Source: Chara braunii (taxonomy: Eukaryota > Plantae > Charophyceae). Taken from it: a stretch of 64,000 bases of DNA. Each line of letters begins with the position of its first letter. The first letter of the stretch is position 1. The stretch is from NCBI GenBank assembly GCA_003427395.1, contig BFEA01000032.1, forward strand, positions 1,807,782 through 1,871,781. The letters run 5' to 3'. The notes beneath the pieces were generated by a model. That model did no database searches and had not been told where the DNA came from. It worked only from the letters and a program-made list of their open reading frames with translations. Made by a program: the position numbers and the translations under genes. Shown in pieces: positions 12,660 through 25,274 of this stretch.

Positions 12660-15060
12660 TGTAATAACCCACGTAGTAAGCCTCGTTGAAACTGAGACCC
12701 AAACCGAACAGGGGGAAAAAGACCCCAACCAGGACTCAAGGCCTGGACGAGGCACAATTGATAAAGTGAATTGTCGAAAATTCAAATAGTCAAAGTCCAA
12801 AGGTACCTAATCCAAGCCGCAGGTCAAGCACACACGCTAGTTTGTATGCAGGTACCCAGATAACATCAGATCCAAGAGCCTGAGAGAAGTCTTCAACTGT
12901 ATAATCCGGACCCTCAGCTGTGATTCAATCTGGACGACCGTGGGGAAAGTATTCGAGGCCAGACAATCTCGACATCTGGTACTTAAGGCTGACCTCAAGG
13001 AAGTCAAGCATTCAGTCTTGCTATGCTGCTTTGACGTTGACTCGGCTTTGATACGACGCTGGTTTCATGTCGGCTCTGCTCAAGCATTGCAGATAACGAC
13101 ACGAGGAGGAGGCAGCACGTTGACGCTTCTTTAACGCGCAAGGCCATGCTGACGTGGCGTTGTCTCTAGTCTACGTGGCAGGCTAATGTGGCGCTGCCTC
13201 TGCTATGTGGCGTTGCCTCTGGTCTACGTGGCAGGATGATGTGACGCTGCCTCTTATATACGTGACGCAGCCTTTGATTAATGTGGCATGTTGATGGGGC
13301 GTTGCCTCTGGTATACGTGACACTACCTCTGATCTACGTGGTAGGTTCATGTGGTGTTGTCGTTAGTATACGTGGCGTTGCCTTAGTCTACGTGGCATGC
13401 TGATGTGGCGCTGGCGCTGATCAACATGGCGCCACTACTGGTCTATATTGGTGATATGGCGATTATCACTTGTTCCGATAGTTGACGTGACATTGTCCAC
13501 GCTGTCTACATGAGGTGACTGGTTGAGAGGAGGGGGAAGATCGGGATCTGTAGTTAAAGGAGAACAGGTACTCACTTGGGTTGAAGTTGATACTAAAATC
13601 TGAAATGTTTTCATGGTCTTCATGAGATCGAGTGCCACGTAGCACTTCCGTGTGTGATCAGGAATATATTTACTATCATTGTTGATGTTGAGAGGGAAGA
13701 AGCCCGGAGAAGGAGAGGGTTCAAAAGGGATTACTATATAAATCTTAATTTTCTCCTTTGTCTGTTCCCCCTCCACCCTGTTCTATGGATGATAACAAGA
13801 TACTGTTTGAGATATTTCTTCATGTGTTGGAGACTTTGTTGCAGATGCTGACTCTACAGGTATTTGACGACTTCTGAGTATCTGCCAAACAAAGTTCATT
13901 ACATAATTATCAAAATTGATAAAAACTGTTAAACGACGTTAATTAAAAAATTTGTTTTGTTAAAAAAAAACAAATGTTTTGTAATGTATAACCATTTAGC
14001 TTCGTTCCAAAATTCAAAATTTTAAGTATTACGGACTTGTGCTAATTACATTGTATGCACGTGCGCTACAAAACTCTAGGTACCAAAACCCTTCTTAATT
14101 TTGATTGGGTTCTATCTTTTCCTCATTATATCTTATGATCCGACCGCTTGTGGGGACCAATCGTCCGGAGTGAAGTTGTTCGTTTCTGCGATACGAAAAT
14201 TTAGAGACGGTCAGGGTTAAAAATTCTTGCTCGAGTAAATTTTTACAATTTTTCAAAATTTAATTCATTAATTGAAGGTTTTTTTTTTTTTTTTTAACTC
14301 GAAATGTAACTTATTTTAGGGGAAGCACACCGGGGGTGGATATATTCGAAAGACTTTTTTCGAAATTTTGAGTCATTTCCCTCGCAAAATCGATATACGA
14401 AACTCTCAAAAAAGAATAAAACGTATCAAATAATTTAAAAATTTAAATAAAAAATTTCCTTAAAGTTTTAAAAATAACGAATTAAATATTAAAAATTAAA
14501 AATAAAATCAAATAAAATTCGTTTTATATTTATGATCGGTTGGTAAATCACCTTTTTGATAATAACCAGATTGGAGGGAACTTCCAATATTCGTCAAATA
14601 GTGCACATGCCTTTTGTTTGAACATTTTTTAAAAAAGGCATGTAGGCTGTATTTAAACCGGAATTTCGACACCTTTTCCTTTCTAGTTTTGTCTAGATTT
14701 TGTTTAGCACAGACCGGATGGGGAGATTAGTGCAGCTTCGGGCCGACTCCGAACCATAAGGGCTCATAACCCACGGCAAGAGATCAATGATTAGGCCACC
14801 TTGGCGCCTTTTTAATAGTCCTTTCGTTACTTTTCTATGTTAATGTCTCTTAATGTTTTCTCACTTGCCGATTTCTAACTATTCTGAGTCCTCCTCTCAT
14901 ACGATAGTCATCAGTTGGAGGGTTTCCCATCCTGCCCACCGAACACGATTATAAGTACTTTAGTCCGCTTAAATAATTGGGTCAGAGTTAGCATCCGAAT
15001 TGGGGTCACCTAATAGTTCAAAGAGGGAGAGATATCAATAGGTCCGGGTTGCTAGCCCTT
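12660..15060 (+). mobile_element. Probable LTR/leader of a different Gypsy family (D); 3' boundary approximate
   Basis: Starts TGTAATAACCC, contains an ACGTGGC-rich repeat and TATA-like CTATATAAAT (~13734), and is followed by gag-like sequence. Confidence 0.45.
13140..13435. repeat. Degenerate tandem repeat rich in ACGTGGC/ATGTGGC (G-box/ABRE-like) motifs
   Basis: Recurrent gtggcgttgcctct..tacgtggca units upstream of a TATA-like box. Confidence 0.75.
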
Positions 15061-15539
15061 TCAGACAACTCTCACATTAGGTCTGCGTTCTATCTCACCA
15101 TGGTGGATAAGAGAGCATCCTAGACTGTGCCAACAGATCCAGTAGGATAAAGACTTGAGGGAGTGGTTCATCATAGGTCCGGACTGGATGAGAAATTCCA
15201 GTCAGTTTAACGTTCGTCAAGTGTGAAACACAGAGTTGTAACTCTGAGGATTGTTGGACAGTCCTACTCGGGTTTATTCATTACGTCCGGGTTCGAGAGG
15301 AGACGCTTACGCCAGGTATGGAGTTATAGACCAAAGGAGTTCAGACAGATACGGAAGAGTACCACCCGTCACGAGCTCAAGTTTTTCACTAGCTTAAGGA
15401 ACGCTTCAGACAGGCTTCACTGATGTGTGAGAACTTGAACGACGACGGGAAACCAAAAGCGACTGACATATCTCATGCTATTAACCCGACCCAGTCAGTG
15501 GTTGATGTGCGAGAGAGGAGTATGATGGAATCCACCATG

Positions 15540-16610
15540 ATAGACCGAGGAGAAGAGTACCGCCCGAGATCGCCTAATCAGAGGTGTAAGGAGAGAAGAG
15601 AGAATCATTGTAGAGATGATTGGTGAGATCGGTACGAGAAAGAGAAGGGATGCGATAGAGACAGAGACAGATATAACAGTCCGCCTCGACGTTTCTTCGA
15701 TCCGGAGACTTGGGAGATTTATACTCTTCCTTTTGAGAGGCGAAACATATATATTATATCACATCAAGCCCCAAAGCTTGATACCAAACCTCTCATCTTC
15801 AAAGCATATAGGATTTCATATTACTTAGAGAAGTGGAAGGGGCATGCATATCATAATTAATGGACAGAGGATAAGATTATCGACAACTTCCTGTTCAACT
15901 CTGAACCGAGCCTAGGCAAGGAGATAAAGTGTGTGAGACCAATGGACCGATGCTGGAAGACTTACAAAAAAAATTTATATAAGTTTTTCAAGCATGAAGA
16001 TATTGGGTACTCTATCAAAGACGTGGAGAAGCTGAGGTACGAAGAGGATGATAATGTTTTAGCGTTCGGGAGAAGGTTTGAGAAGATATCGAATACTCTG
16101 GTGGCAAAGAAGAAGTTGTCGGAGGTTGACAAATGTACCATTTTCACCAGTCAACTGTCAAAGGGGAAGCAAAAGGAGATTTAGAGAGAACTTTCACACG
16201 ATCGGCTTGAATTTTCGACGGTTTTCAACCTGGCTATAAGGGCCGACACTGACGAGTATAAGGACATGGTCTGAACTGCACTGCGCCACAGGGAGAATCT
16301 CCGGTCGTCTTCGTGTCCTTCCAGTGTAAAGATGTGTGTAGATTTTTATGATAGGCCTTGGGCAGACCACCGATACCCCCTTGATGGACCTGAAGAGGGA
16401 CGAACAAACATCAAAGACGATTCGGATCTAAGAGAGATGATTAAGGGCTTGACTCGACAGGTCGTCAGAATAGAGGCGGGGACGGGGATTGTTGGTTATC
16501 AGGGGAGGAACGGTCCGTCGAACTCGCTGAGGTGCGATCGAGTTAAGACTGGTTCGCCGTACTCGTTGAGGTGGGATAATCGAGACTCATGACCGTAAAG
16601 AGACGAGGAG
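15540..16610 (+). pseudogene. Gypsy gag fragment (element D)
   Basis: ORF pieces 15933-16184 (..NVLAFGRRFEKISNTL..LSEVDKCTIF) and 16332-16592 resemble retrotransposon Gag capsid. Truncated by satellite. Confidence 0.55.
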
Positions 16611-16629
16611 GACATAAATCATCAGACAC

Positions 16630-17470
16630 TAACCATTTTATCCATTCTTTCACTCCCATGTAAATCGTCAATTTCTATTTTGTGATTTCATGTATGACAG
16701 TAATTTCACTCACTCTCCCTTCACTTTCTCTCAATTTTTTCATTTGGTAGTAAATCACAACTTTGGTTTGTGCTCATTCTAGTATTTTGGATGATCTTCC
16801 ACTCTTGTTTTGTCCATTCCTTCACTCCCATGTAAATCGCCACTTTCCATTTTGTGATTTCATTCGTGAGTCTCCCTGCATTTTCTGTCAATTTCTTCAC
16901 TCGGTAGTAAATCACAAATTTTGTTTTTGCTCATTCAAATATTTTGGATGATCTTTCACTCTTGTTTTGTCCATTTCTTCACTTCCATGTAAATCGTCAT
17001 TTTTAATTTTGTTATTTTATGCATGAGAGTGAGTTTCACTAATTTTTCCTTCGCGTTCTTTCCATTTTTTCACTTGGTAGTAAATCGCACCTTTGGTTTG
17101 TGCTCATTCTAGTGTTGTGGATGATCGTTCACTCTTTCTTTGTTAATTCTTTTGCTCCCATGTAAATCACCAGTTCCCATTTTATGATTTCATGCATGAA
17201 ACTCACTCTCCCTACACTTTCTTTCCATTTCTTCACCTTGTAGTAGATCGCAACTTTGGTTTGTGCTTATTCTAGTGTTTTGGATTATCCTTCAAGCTTG
17301 TTTTATCCATTATTTCACTCCTATGTGAATTGTCACTTTCCATTCGGTGATTTCATGCATGAGAGTGAGTTCAATTTACTCTTCCTTCATTTTCTCTCAA
17401 TTTCTTCACTTAGTAGTGAATCGCAGTTTTGGTCTGTGCTCATTTTAAGTGTTTAGATAATCTTGCACTC
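16630..17470. repeat. Tandem repeat, ~165-bp unit, ~5 copies
   Basis: actcccatgtaaatcg recurs at ~16652, 16824, 16981, 17155 and 17317. Confidence 0.85.
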
Positions 17471-18712
17471 ATGCCTTGTCAATTCCTTGCACTTGGTGGT
17501 AGTCCGATTCATCCTTGGTTGTTCCATCAGGCTTATGCAGGGGTTTTCCCTTTCAAACTCATGCTTTGTCAATTCCTTGCACTTGGTGACAATCTGATTC
17601 TTCCCTAGCTGTTCAACTTATGATATGCATGAGTTTTCATTTGTCACACTCATGTTTTGTCCATTCCTTGCACTTGGTGGTAGTCCGATTTATCCTTGGT
17701 TGTGCCACTAGTCTTACGCATGTGTTTTCCTTTGTCATACTCATGCTCTGTTCATTCCTTGCACTTGGTGACAGTCCGATTCTTCCCTAGCTGTTCAACT
17801 TGTGATATGCATGAGTTTTTCGTTGTCACACTCATGTTTTGTCAATTCCTTGCACTTGGTGGTAGTCCAATTCATTCTTGTTTGTTCCACTAGTTTTAGG
17901 CATGTGTTTTTACTTCCCAAACTCATGCTTTGCCCATTCCTTACACTTGGTGATAGTGTTATTCTTCCCTAGTTGTTCAATTTGTGATATGCATGTGTTT
18001 TCCCTTGTCACACTCATGCTTTGTCCATAACTTGCACTTGGTGATAGTTCGATTATTCCCTAGCTGTTCAACTTGTGTGGAGCATGTGTTTTCCCCTATC
18101 ACAGTCGTGCTTTGTTCATTCCTTGCACTTTGTGATATTCCGATTCCTCCCTAGCTGTTCAACCTGTGAAATGCATGTGTTTTCCCTCGTCACACTCTTG
18201 GTTTGTTTGTCTTATGCACTTGGTAATAGTCTGATTCTTCCCTAGCTGTTCAATTTGTGATATGCATGAGTTTTCCCTTGTCACACTCATGCTTTGTCTA
18301 TTCTTTGCACTTAGTGATAGTCTGATTCTTCCCAAGCTGTTCAACTTGTGATATGCATGTGTTTTCTCTTGTCGCACTCATGCTTTGTCAATTCCTTGCA
18401 CTTGGTGATAGTCTGATTCTTCCTTAGCTGTTCAACTTGTGATATGCATCTATTTTTCTTTGTCACACTTGCGTTTTTTCCATTCCTTGCACTTGGCGAT
18501 AATCCGATTCTTCCCTAGCTATTCAACTTGTGTGGAGCATGTGTTTTCCTTGTCAGTCTCATGCTTTGCTCATTTCTTGCACTTGGTGATTGTCCGATTC
18601 CTCCCTAGTTGTTCAACCTGTGAAATGAATATGTTTTTCCTCGTCACACTTCTGTTTTGTCTGTCTCCTGCACTTGGTGATAGTCAAATTCTTCCCTAGT
18701 TAATCAACTTCA
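17470..18712. repeat. Tandem repeat, 91-bp unit, ~14 copies
   Basis: cttgcacttggtg recurs about every 91 bp from ~17486 to ~18668. Confidence 0.9.
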
Positions 18713-18879
18713 CACATACATGGCCTAGCGAGATCCCCGTGTTCTTATCGAACGTGGTAAATAGAAGAAAAGAAAAAGGGCGGTGTTTTCTTTACTAGGA
18801 CTACTTTTGCTGTTGTTGCTGTTTATAATAATGTTGTTGTTGTTGTTGTTGTTTATAATAATGTTGTTGCAGCTGCTGA

Positions 18880-20081
18880 TGCCTAACCAAGCCCCTTGCT
18901 AGTGCTGCTCTAGCTGAAAAGTCGACGACAAAACTACGGAGCACAGGCCGCTCCGAAAAAAGGGACTAAGGGGCCAATGCGACCTGGGGACACTTCTGGC
19001 CAATTCCGCCAAACCAAGGATATGGGGGCTGATAATTCTCAGACCTCATATCCTAAACACAGACAGATGACCTGCAGAACCTGAAGGTCATCTGAGTCCA
19101 TTTTCCTCCAAAAACGGAAAATGGACTTTACCGAAGTGTTCGCCTTAATACCCGAACGACGCCCGAAAACGGGCAAGTGAGGGCAAACGGCAACGGAATC
19201 ACTTCAAATTTTAGAGGGGTCTCCCATAGGGTACAAACAGAGAGTCCACCAAATTAGGACTGATTCTGATATCGTTTGGGTAGGAAACGCTAAACTGCGT
19301 TTTTTGGTTTTCCCTCCTTAGTTTAAAACGACAAAAATCTGCAAAATCAACGAAATCTGCAAATCTGCAGATCTGCAAAGACTGTGTTTTCTAAAATCTG
19401 GGTTCTTTGCAAGTCTGCGTTTTCTGCATATCTGTTGTAGGATTAGTTGTTGCAAGTCTGAACTTTTTGAAATCCGGAACTAGGGATAACTTAGGGAGGC
19501 GGAGCCGGACGCTGAGAGTAGGACGAAATATCTTACTCTTCACACCATCTTCCTCCTCGATCTTCTTCACCCCACATCCACCATTGTCAACCACCTCACA
19601 CTATCTCCCTCCTCCATTTTCTTCATTCATCCACCATAGCCAATCGCCTCACACCATCGTCCTCCTTCATCTTCTTCATCTATCTACCATAGCCAAACCA
19701 CCTCCCATCATCTTCCTCCTCCATTTTCTTCACTCATCCACAATATCCAACCACCTCACACTATCTCCCTCCTCCATCTTCTTCATCCATCCACCATAAC
19801 CAACCACCTCACACCATCTTCCTCCTCCATCTTCTTCATCTATCCACCATAACCAACCACCTCACACCATCCTCCTCCTCCATCTTCTTCATCCACCCAC
19901 CATAGCCGACCACCTCACACCATCATCATCCTCCATCATCCTCAATCATCCTCCATATCCAACCACCTCACACCCTCTTCCCCCTTCATCTTGCTCACCA
20001 ACTAAAGACCATGACCAAGGGGAACAAATAAGTTAGGTGTAGATAGAGAACCAAGTAGGGGATAAGTTGATTACAAGTGGG

Positions 20082-20121
<40 letters not shown>

Positions 20122-21398
20122 CACATCTTCCTCCTTCACCGCCGCCTCCCTCTTCCCGTCGGCGCCCTTCTCCCACATTCGAAAGCCTTGGCCTTACCTT
20201 TTCCCCTTCTACCCTCTTGGCGTATAACTAACTCTTCCCCCACTCACTTGTTACATTGTTAGGGAACGAACGGTGAAAGGAATCTGTCCTCACTTGGCGA
20301 AGAAAGTGGGCAAGAAGAGGGTTGTCGGCCCTTTGTGCTGCCAAGAACGAAAGGAAATGACACTTAAGGAATTGGAAGGAGGCAAGTCCGGAAAGCGACT
20401 AAAGAAAGTTAGTACTCAAAGCAAGGTCAGTTGACTCAACCACTATCCGACTGCATGACTAAGGGAAGGGATTGGCCTGGACTAAGGAAGGAAAAGGAAA
20501 GCACAAAGGGCTAAGGAAAAGGGAACTTAGTTTTATGGGAGAGATTGTGTGTTGATCCCATGTGGGGGATGCTTTTTATAAATTGTGTTGAATGCGCAGG
20601 TTAGTAGCCTAAGGAGTCATTGAGCGGGATTGGGTCACGGGTATATCGGCCGACAAAGAGAAAAGGGGGTTGAGGTTAAACGGGTTGTGGTCTTAACCCC
20701 TCGCCCTCGAATGAGTTCTTGAAGCATGTCTGTGCAAAGCAAAGTCGGCTGTAAAAAACTGCAAAGACATAAGGCGGTCGAGAAGGCCGCCTATATTAAA
20801 ATTAAAAATTTGAGCGTGTATGTGGGATGAGACTCTGAAAAGACTAAGGGGTGTACAGGACGAATGCAAACGACAAAAGAAAACCATGCATGATGTATGC
20901 GACAACAGAAGTCACGGGTAGGATGGCTGAAGAAGGAAGCAGGCAAAACCCTAGAGAGGCGTAGGGGGATCGTGGGACATGGTCTACGGGCCGAGCCGAA
21001 GGGTGGCCGCAAACCCAACAAGGCTTTAAGGACTCCCCACTTAGTGAATGCATGCGTGGCCCAAGGAAAATGTTTAGCCTACGCATAAAAGAAGACGGAC
21101 TTTCAATAAACTCCCTAGACTGCTTGACTATTGGAAGAAGCAATTGCATGATAACACCTCAAAGCATCAAGAAAACCCGCGTTTTTACGAAAAGATTGAC
21201 GAGACTACCATCCAGCGAGAGGGTGGAGCTACATCCCCAATGTCAAAATCTCTCGCAAAATGGTCCATCCTCATCCATCTTAAAGCACTAGGTAGGGTTG
21301 CCCCTGTGACGAACGTTCCGCGTCCTGAGCATGAGTATGGGCGGAGCATAGCCAACTGGTACTCGTAGTGGGGTCGACTCATACTCGAAAGTCTAACA
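18880..21398 (+). mobile_element. LTR of element A family (5' boundary uncertain)
   Basis: 20458-21398 matches 6057-6997 and 20085-20460 matches 108-440. Ends GTCTAACA. Confidence 0.6.
19545..19990. repeat. C/A/T-rich minisatellite, ~52-bp unit, ~8 copies
   Basis: aaccacctcacaccatcttcctcctccatcttcttcatc recurs. Confidence 0.85.
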
Positions 21399-21589
21399 GG
21401 GAAGAACGGTACAACGTCATTACATAGAAAGAACAAACAGAGAAGTTAAGCTTAGTAAAACATTTGTTTCCTTGTATTTGTTTTGAATAATTCTTGTTGT
21501 AGATGTTGCGTCCGTCGTGTAATTTATTTTTGTCTTCTAATTTTATTTATTGTCCGACATCTGCACATTTGTCAAAATCAACTCTCTTT

Positions 21590-23376
21590 GAAAATGTTTG
21601 CGTGTCTCTATCTTGACTTGGTTCGTACCGCGTCTTTTCTTCTTCACTCTACTTACCGTCTTTGTTGATGAAGAGGGAGTGAAACTGAAAACCCGTTGTC
21701 ATATTGATGCAAGCAGGCAGACGTTGGTCAGCCTCCTTCGCCGACTTCTTTGTGAGATACACGGTGTCGGTCCAGATGTCGACACGTTCAAAGACAAATC
21801 AATCTGTGTGATGCCGAAAAAGTTTTGCAGGTCGTTGAGACTGCCGTTCAGATGATGAAAACAGGCACGAGGGTCGAAGACCTTATTAAGCAAGGACGAT
21901 TGATCCTTGATCAATATGTCGTCGAAAACTTTGAAAAAATTGACCAGAAAGAAAAACAAAAAAAAAAGGAAGAAAGAGCAAAAAAAACGGAACCACAATT
22001 GTATGTGGAAATAATGGAGGAAAATGTCAAACAATTGAAAGATACATTAAGAGAAGAGAGAAGGAAAATTGAAGAGTACAAGAGATGGAAAGAACAACAA
22101 CAACAGGAAGAAAGAGAGATGAATGAATTGAGGTAAAAGTTTCATTACGAAGAAGCAGCTAGTGAGGTTGCATCTATTCTTCAGTCGATTATGGTTTACC
22201 TTATCTCAAGAAGAAGATTGACAGTAACACCGTCGGTATGGAGACAATGATAAGAATGACGAAGGGAAAAAAAAATGTGGTATATGAGGAGGTGGCCAAG
22301 ATGGGAGAAGACAAGAAGGAAGCCCAAGAGAAATTACTGAAGGATGCAATGAAACGAGTGATACCCGAGAAACCCGAAGGTTCTAAGAAAAAAACCGAGA
22401 GACAACTTGAGAAGCAAGAGTCACCCACTAAAAAGAAAGAAGAATATGTAAAGGAAGCGGAAAAAACAAAAAAGAAAAAAAATGTTAAAATGGAACTGCC
22501 AAAAATGAAACTGCCATTTACGTACAATAACAAGAAGGGAAAAAACTTGTTGTTGTGGATTGCAAAAATTCTGACCTACGTCGGAACATCACCCGTTGAG
22601 CCCGAGAGTTAAATCGCTTTCCCCACATCATGTTCGGGAGGAGTGGCTAAGGAGTGGGTGCTGGTCGAAGCCAATGCTGCTGGTTTCGAGGATATAAGTG
22701 AGTGGGCTAAGACCTTGACATTGAGACAATTTCTCCAAGAGATTAAAGAAAGATTTTTTGATAAAACGACAACCGATAAGGTTTTCGACGAACTCTTCAC
22801 CATTGACCAGAAGTGTTGGTCATCGGTTGATTCACTGTCACGTGAGGTTGATTTTCTTTTGTACGTACCTGGACTGAATCTGCAAGACAACCAGGTATTG
22901 TATATTTACTCACGTGCACTACCCGAGCCCATTCATTGACATCTCATGGCGGAATCAAAATCTGCCAAGTATGATTATCGACAGTTTCGCGATCTCGTTG
23001 CGCAAAGAGAGCAGATGACCACGCAAGTCAAAGGTACGTACGCTTCGGTAGTCAAATCGGGACCGGTTGGTCGGTACGGCAAATAGGTTCTCTAGAGGTA
23101 AAAGCGTCAGGATTATATGCTTGTTGTATTTGATGATGATGCGGTAGATAAGTTACCTCTTGATAAGTCTGACCGAGGAGGAGGAAATGGCAACACTGAG
23201 TCCGGAAAGGGTGGCGTCATTGTTGTCATGACCAACAAGGGAGGCCAAGGTCAATGGAAGAAGAAGAGGAGGTCACGCTCGTTTCTCGAGCATCCCGACA
23301 TCGCGTTCGGGAAACCTTGGGAGAAAATGAACATGACCCGAGAGGAGTGGCAGTCCAAAATGGACAATCGCCAGTG
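21590..23376 (+). pseudogene. Second copy of element A gag, truncated at the start of the zinc knuckle
   Basis: Colinear with ~7190-8956 (EWAKTLTLRQFL..RF.DKTTTDK). Breaks at gacaatcgccagtg. Confidence 0.85.
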
Positions 23377-23482
23377 AACAAAAATTTTGTTAAAACGGAC
23401 ATTTTTTTTTTTTTGAACGAAATTGAAACTAAAAGATTTTGCCATATTTTTCTTCATATGTGAAATATTTGTGATAGGAAAA

Positions 23483-23659
23483 GGGGGTAAGGAGTAAGGG
23501 GAGGGGGTAAGGGGTAAGGGGTAAGGGGTAGGGTGTAGGGGATAAGGGGTAAGTGGTAAGGGGTAGGGGGTAAGGGGTAAGGGGTAGAGGGTGAGGGGTA
23601 AGGGGTACGGGATAGGGGGTCAGGGGTAAGGGGGAGAGGAGTAAGAGGTAAGAGATAAG
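23483..23659 (+). repeat. Degenerate (TAAGGGG)n G-rich repeat
   Basis: Roughly two dozen imperfect 7-mers read directly. Confidence 0.9.
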
Positions 23660-23829
23660 ATGTCCTTTCATAAGATGTCATTCTTGCACGACCAGTTACA
23701 TTTTTCGTGAATCGCACAATTAATCCTCGTTACAGTTACAAACTCTTCTTCTCCTATATCACATCTATTTCTGATCACTGCATGGTTATTTCATGTGTCT
23801 GAACGTCTTATTGTAAATGGAACAAATTC

Positions 23830-24640
23830 ATCTACTCCGCAACAGCTACGTCGAAAGCTATCCGGCATCGTAGTTTCTTTGTATCATCTGATGTGAACGT
23901 GAATGGTGGAAGAAACCCTTTCGCCAATAGTGATGCATATGTCATCATAAACACACTTCACTCGTTGAAGTCACGCTGCTTTGGAATGCCTTCCACTACC
24001 CATATATATGGTTGAAGTTTTTTGTGTCAATTTATTGACCTTGTTCGACCGATCTCATGTACAAAAATCTTGCGAACCCCCCAACATTCGATGTCAGCGA
24101 ATTGTAGTACTCAATTTTCATACGCCTAAGGTATGTCATTACGAGTGTCCAATGTTGGTTGTGCGCGACGTGGAAAGGAGCAATAATCAAGTCCATGTCG
24201 CTAATCACGACCTCTATGAACCACCTACGAACCTTTTCCTACTCGAACTTCATATCGCTATCGAATAGTCTCGCGAAAAAAAACGAGCTTAGAATTGCTA
24301 CTCTAGGAATGCGCCCCTTTCTTGTTCTAACCACATTCTCGTTCTTCAAGTCGCAATTATGGTGCTTGATACGGCATTCATTGTCCAGTGGTACAAGGTT
24401 AAGATAAAAACTAACTATCTGCTCATTAAACCAATTTTTCTCTATCATTAGGAAGCTAAAATCGTTGACTGTCATCGTTAATTCTTCTTTTGTGTCTTCG
24501 TTAAACGAACTCGCTATGACGTCTATATTCCCAACTTGCACTCGCAATCACATGAGGGCATCCAACTCTTGATCCGTCAACTTCGTTGTTGCCAAGTGGA
24601 CGGTCCATCCTTTTTTGCACCTCCGGTTATCCTTCATTGT
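23830..24640 (-). pseudogene. Ulp1/SENP-like (C48) cysteine protease, transposon-associated
   Basis: Minus-strand translation WFNEQIVSFYL..ILSSFFF..VRRWF..DLIIAPFHV..HWTLV..IEYYNSL..PKQRDFNE*SVFM matches the Ulp1 motif order. Catalytic D and C are lost, with stops and a frameshift. Confidence 0.8.
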
Positions 24641-24960
24641 CGTTTGCACTTCACATGACAACGCGCCATGCCTTTATGTGAGCTATTGTTTCCTCCCTTC
24701 TATTTCTAGTCATGTTTATTGTATTCAATTTGTTGTAGTAATGTGAATTAGGGCTTACCTTAAACGAGCGGGGTGCTTATAAGAACTAGGAATTTACGTA
24801 GTGGAAACCAATACACTACATTATTTTCTTTCGTGCACTTTCATCACTTTCACGAACCGCGTCAAGAGTGTTTTATGACATATCGCACTAATATTTATGA
24901 TTTACCACACTAATAATCATATTCTTGTTACATTCATCGCCCGCGCGCGCGTGCGCACGC

Positions 24961-25004
<44 letters not shown>

Positions 25005-25274
25005 ACTTTCATCAACCGCGTCAATAGTGTTTTATCACATACCACACTAATATTTATGATATGTCACACTAATAATCATACTCTCGTTAGATTCATCGAG
25101 CTCACGCGCGCGCGCGCGAGAGAGAGAGAGAGAGTGACAGAGAGAGAGAGAGAGAGAGACATTGTAATGTATCACGATTGACACTTCCTCTCAAATTCAC
25201 TGCGGAATCAATTATTTTATCACGCGTCTCCCCCCGAATATTTATTTGAGTTCGGTACACACACATACACACAC

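Noticed and set aside
12597-18723. ACATGG direct repeat as the TSD of one 6-kb insertion
   Set aside because: The block is composite, a better LTR start lies at 12660, and a 6-bp match can arise by chance.
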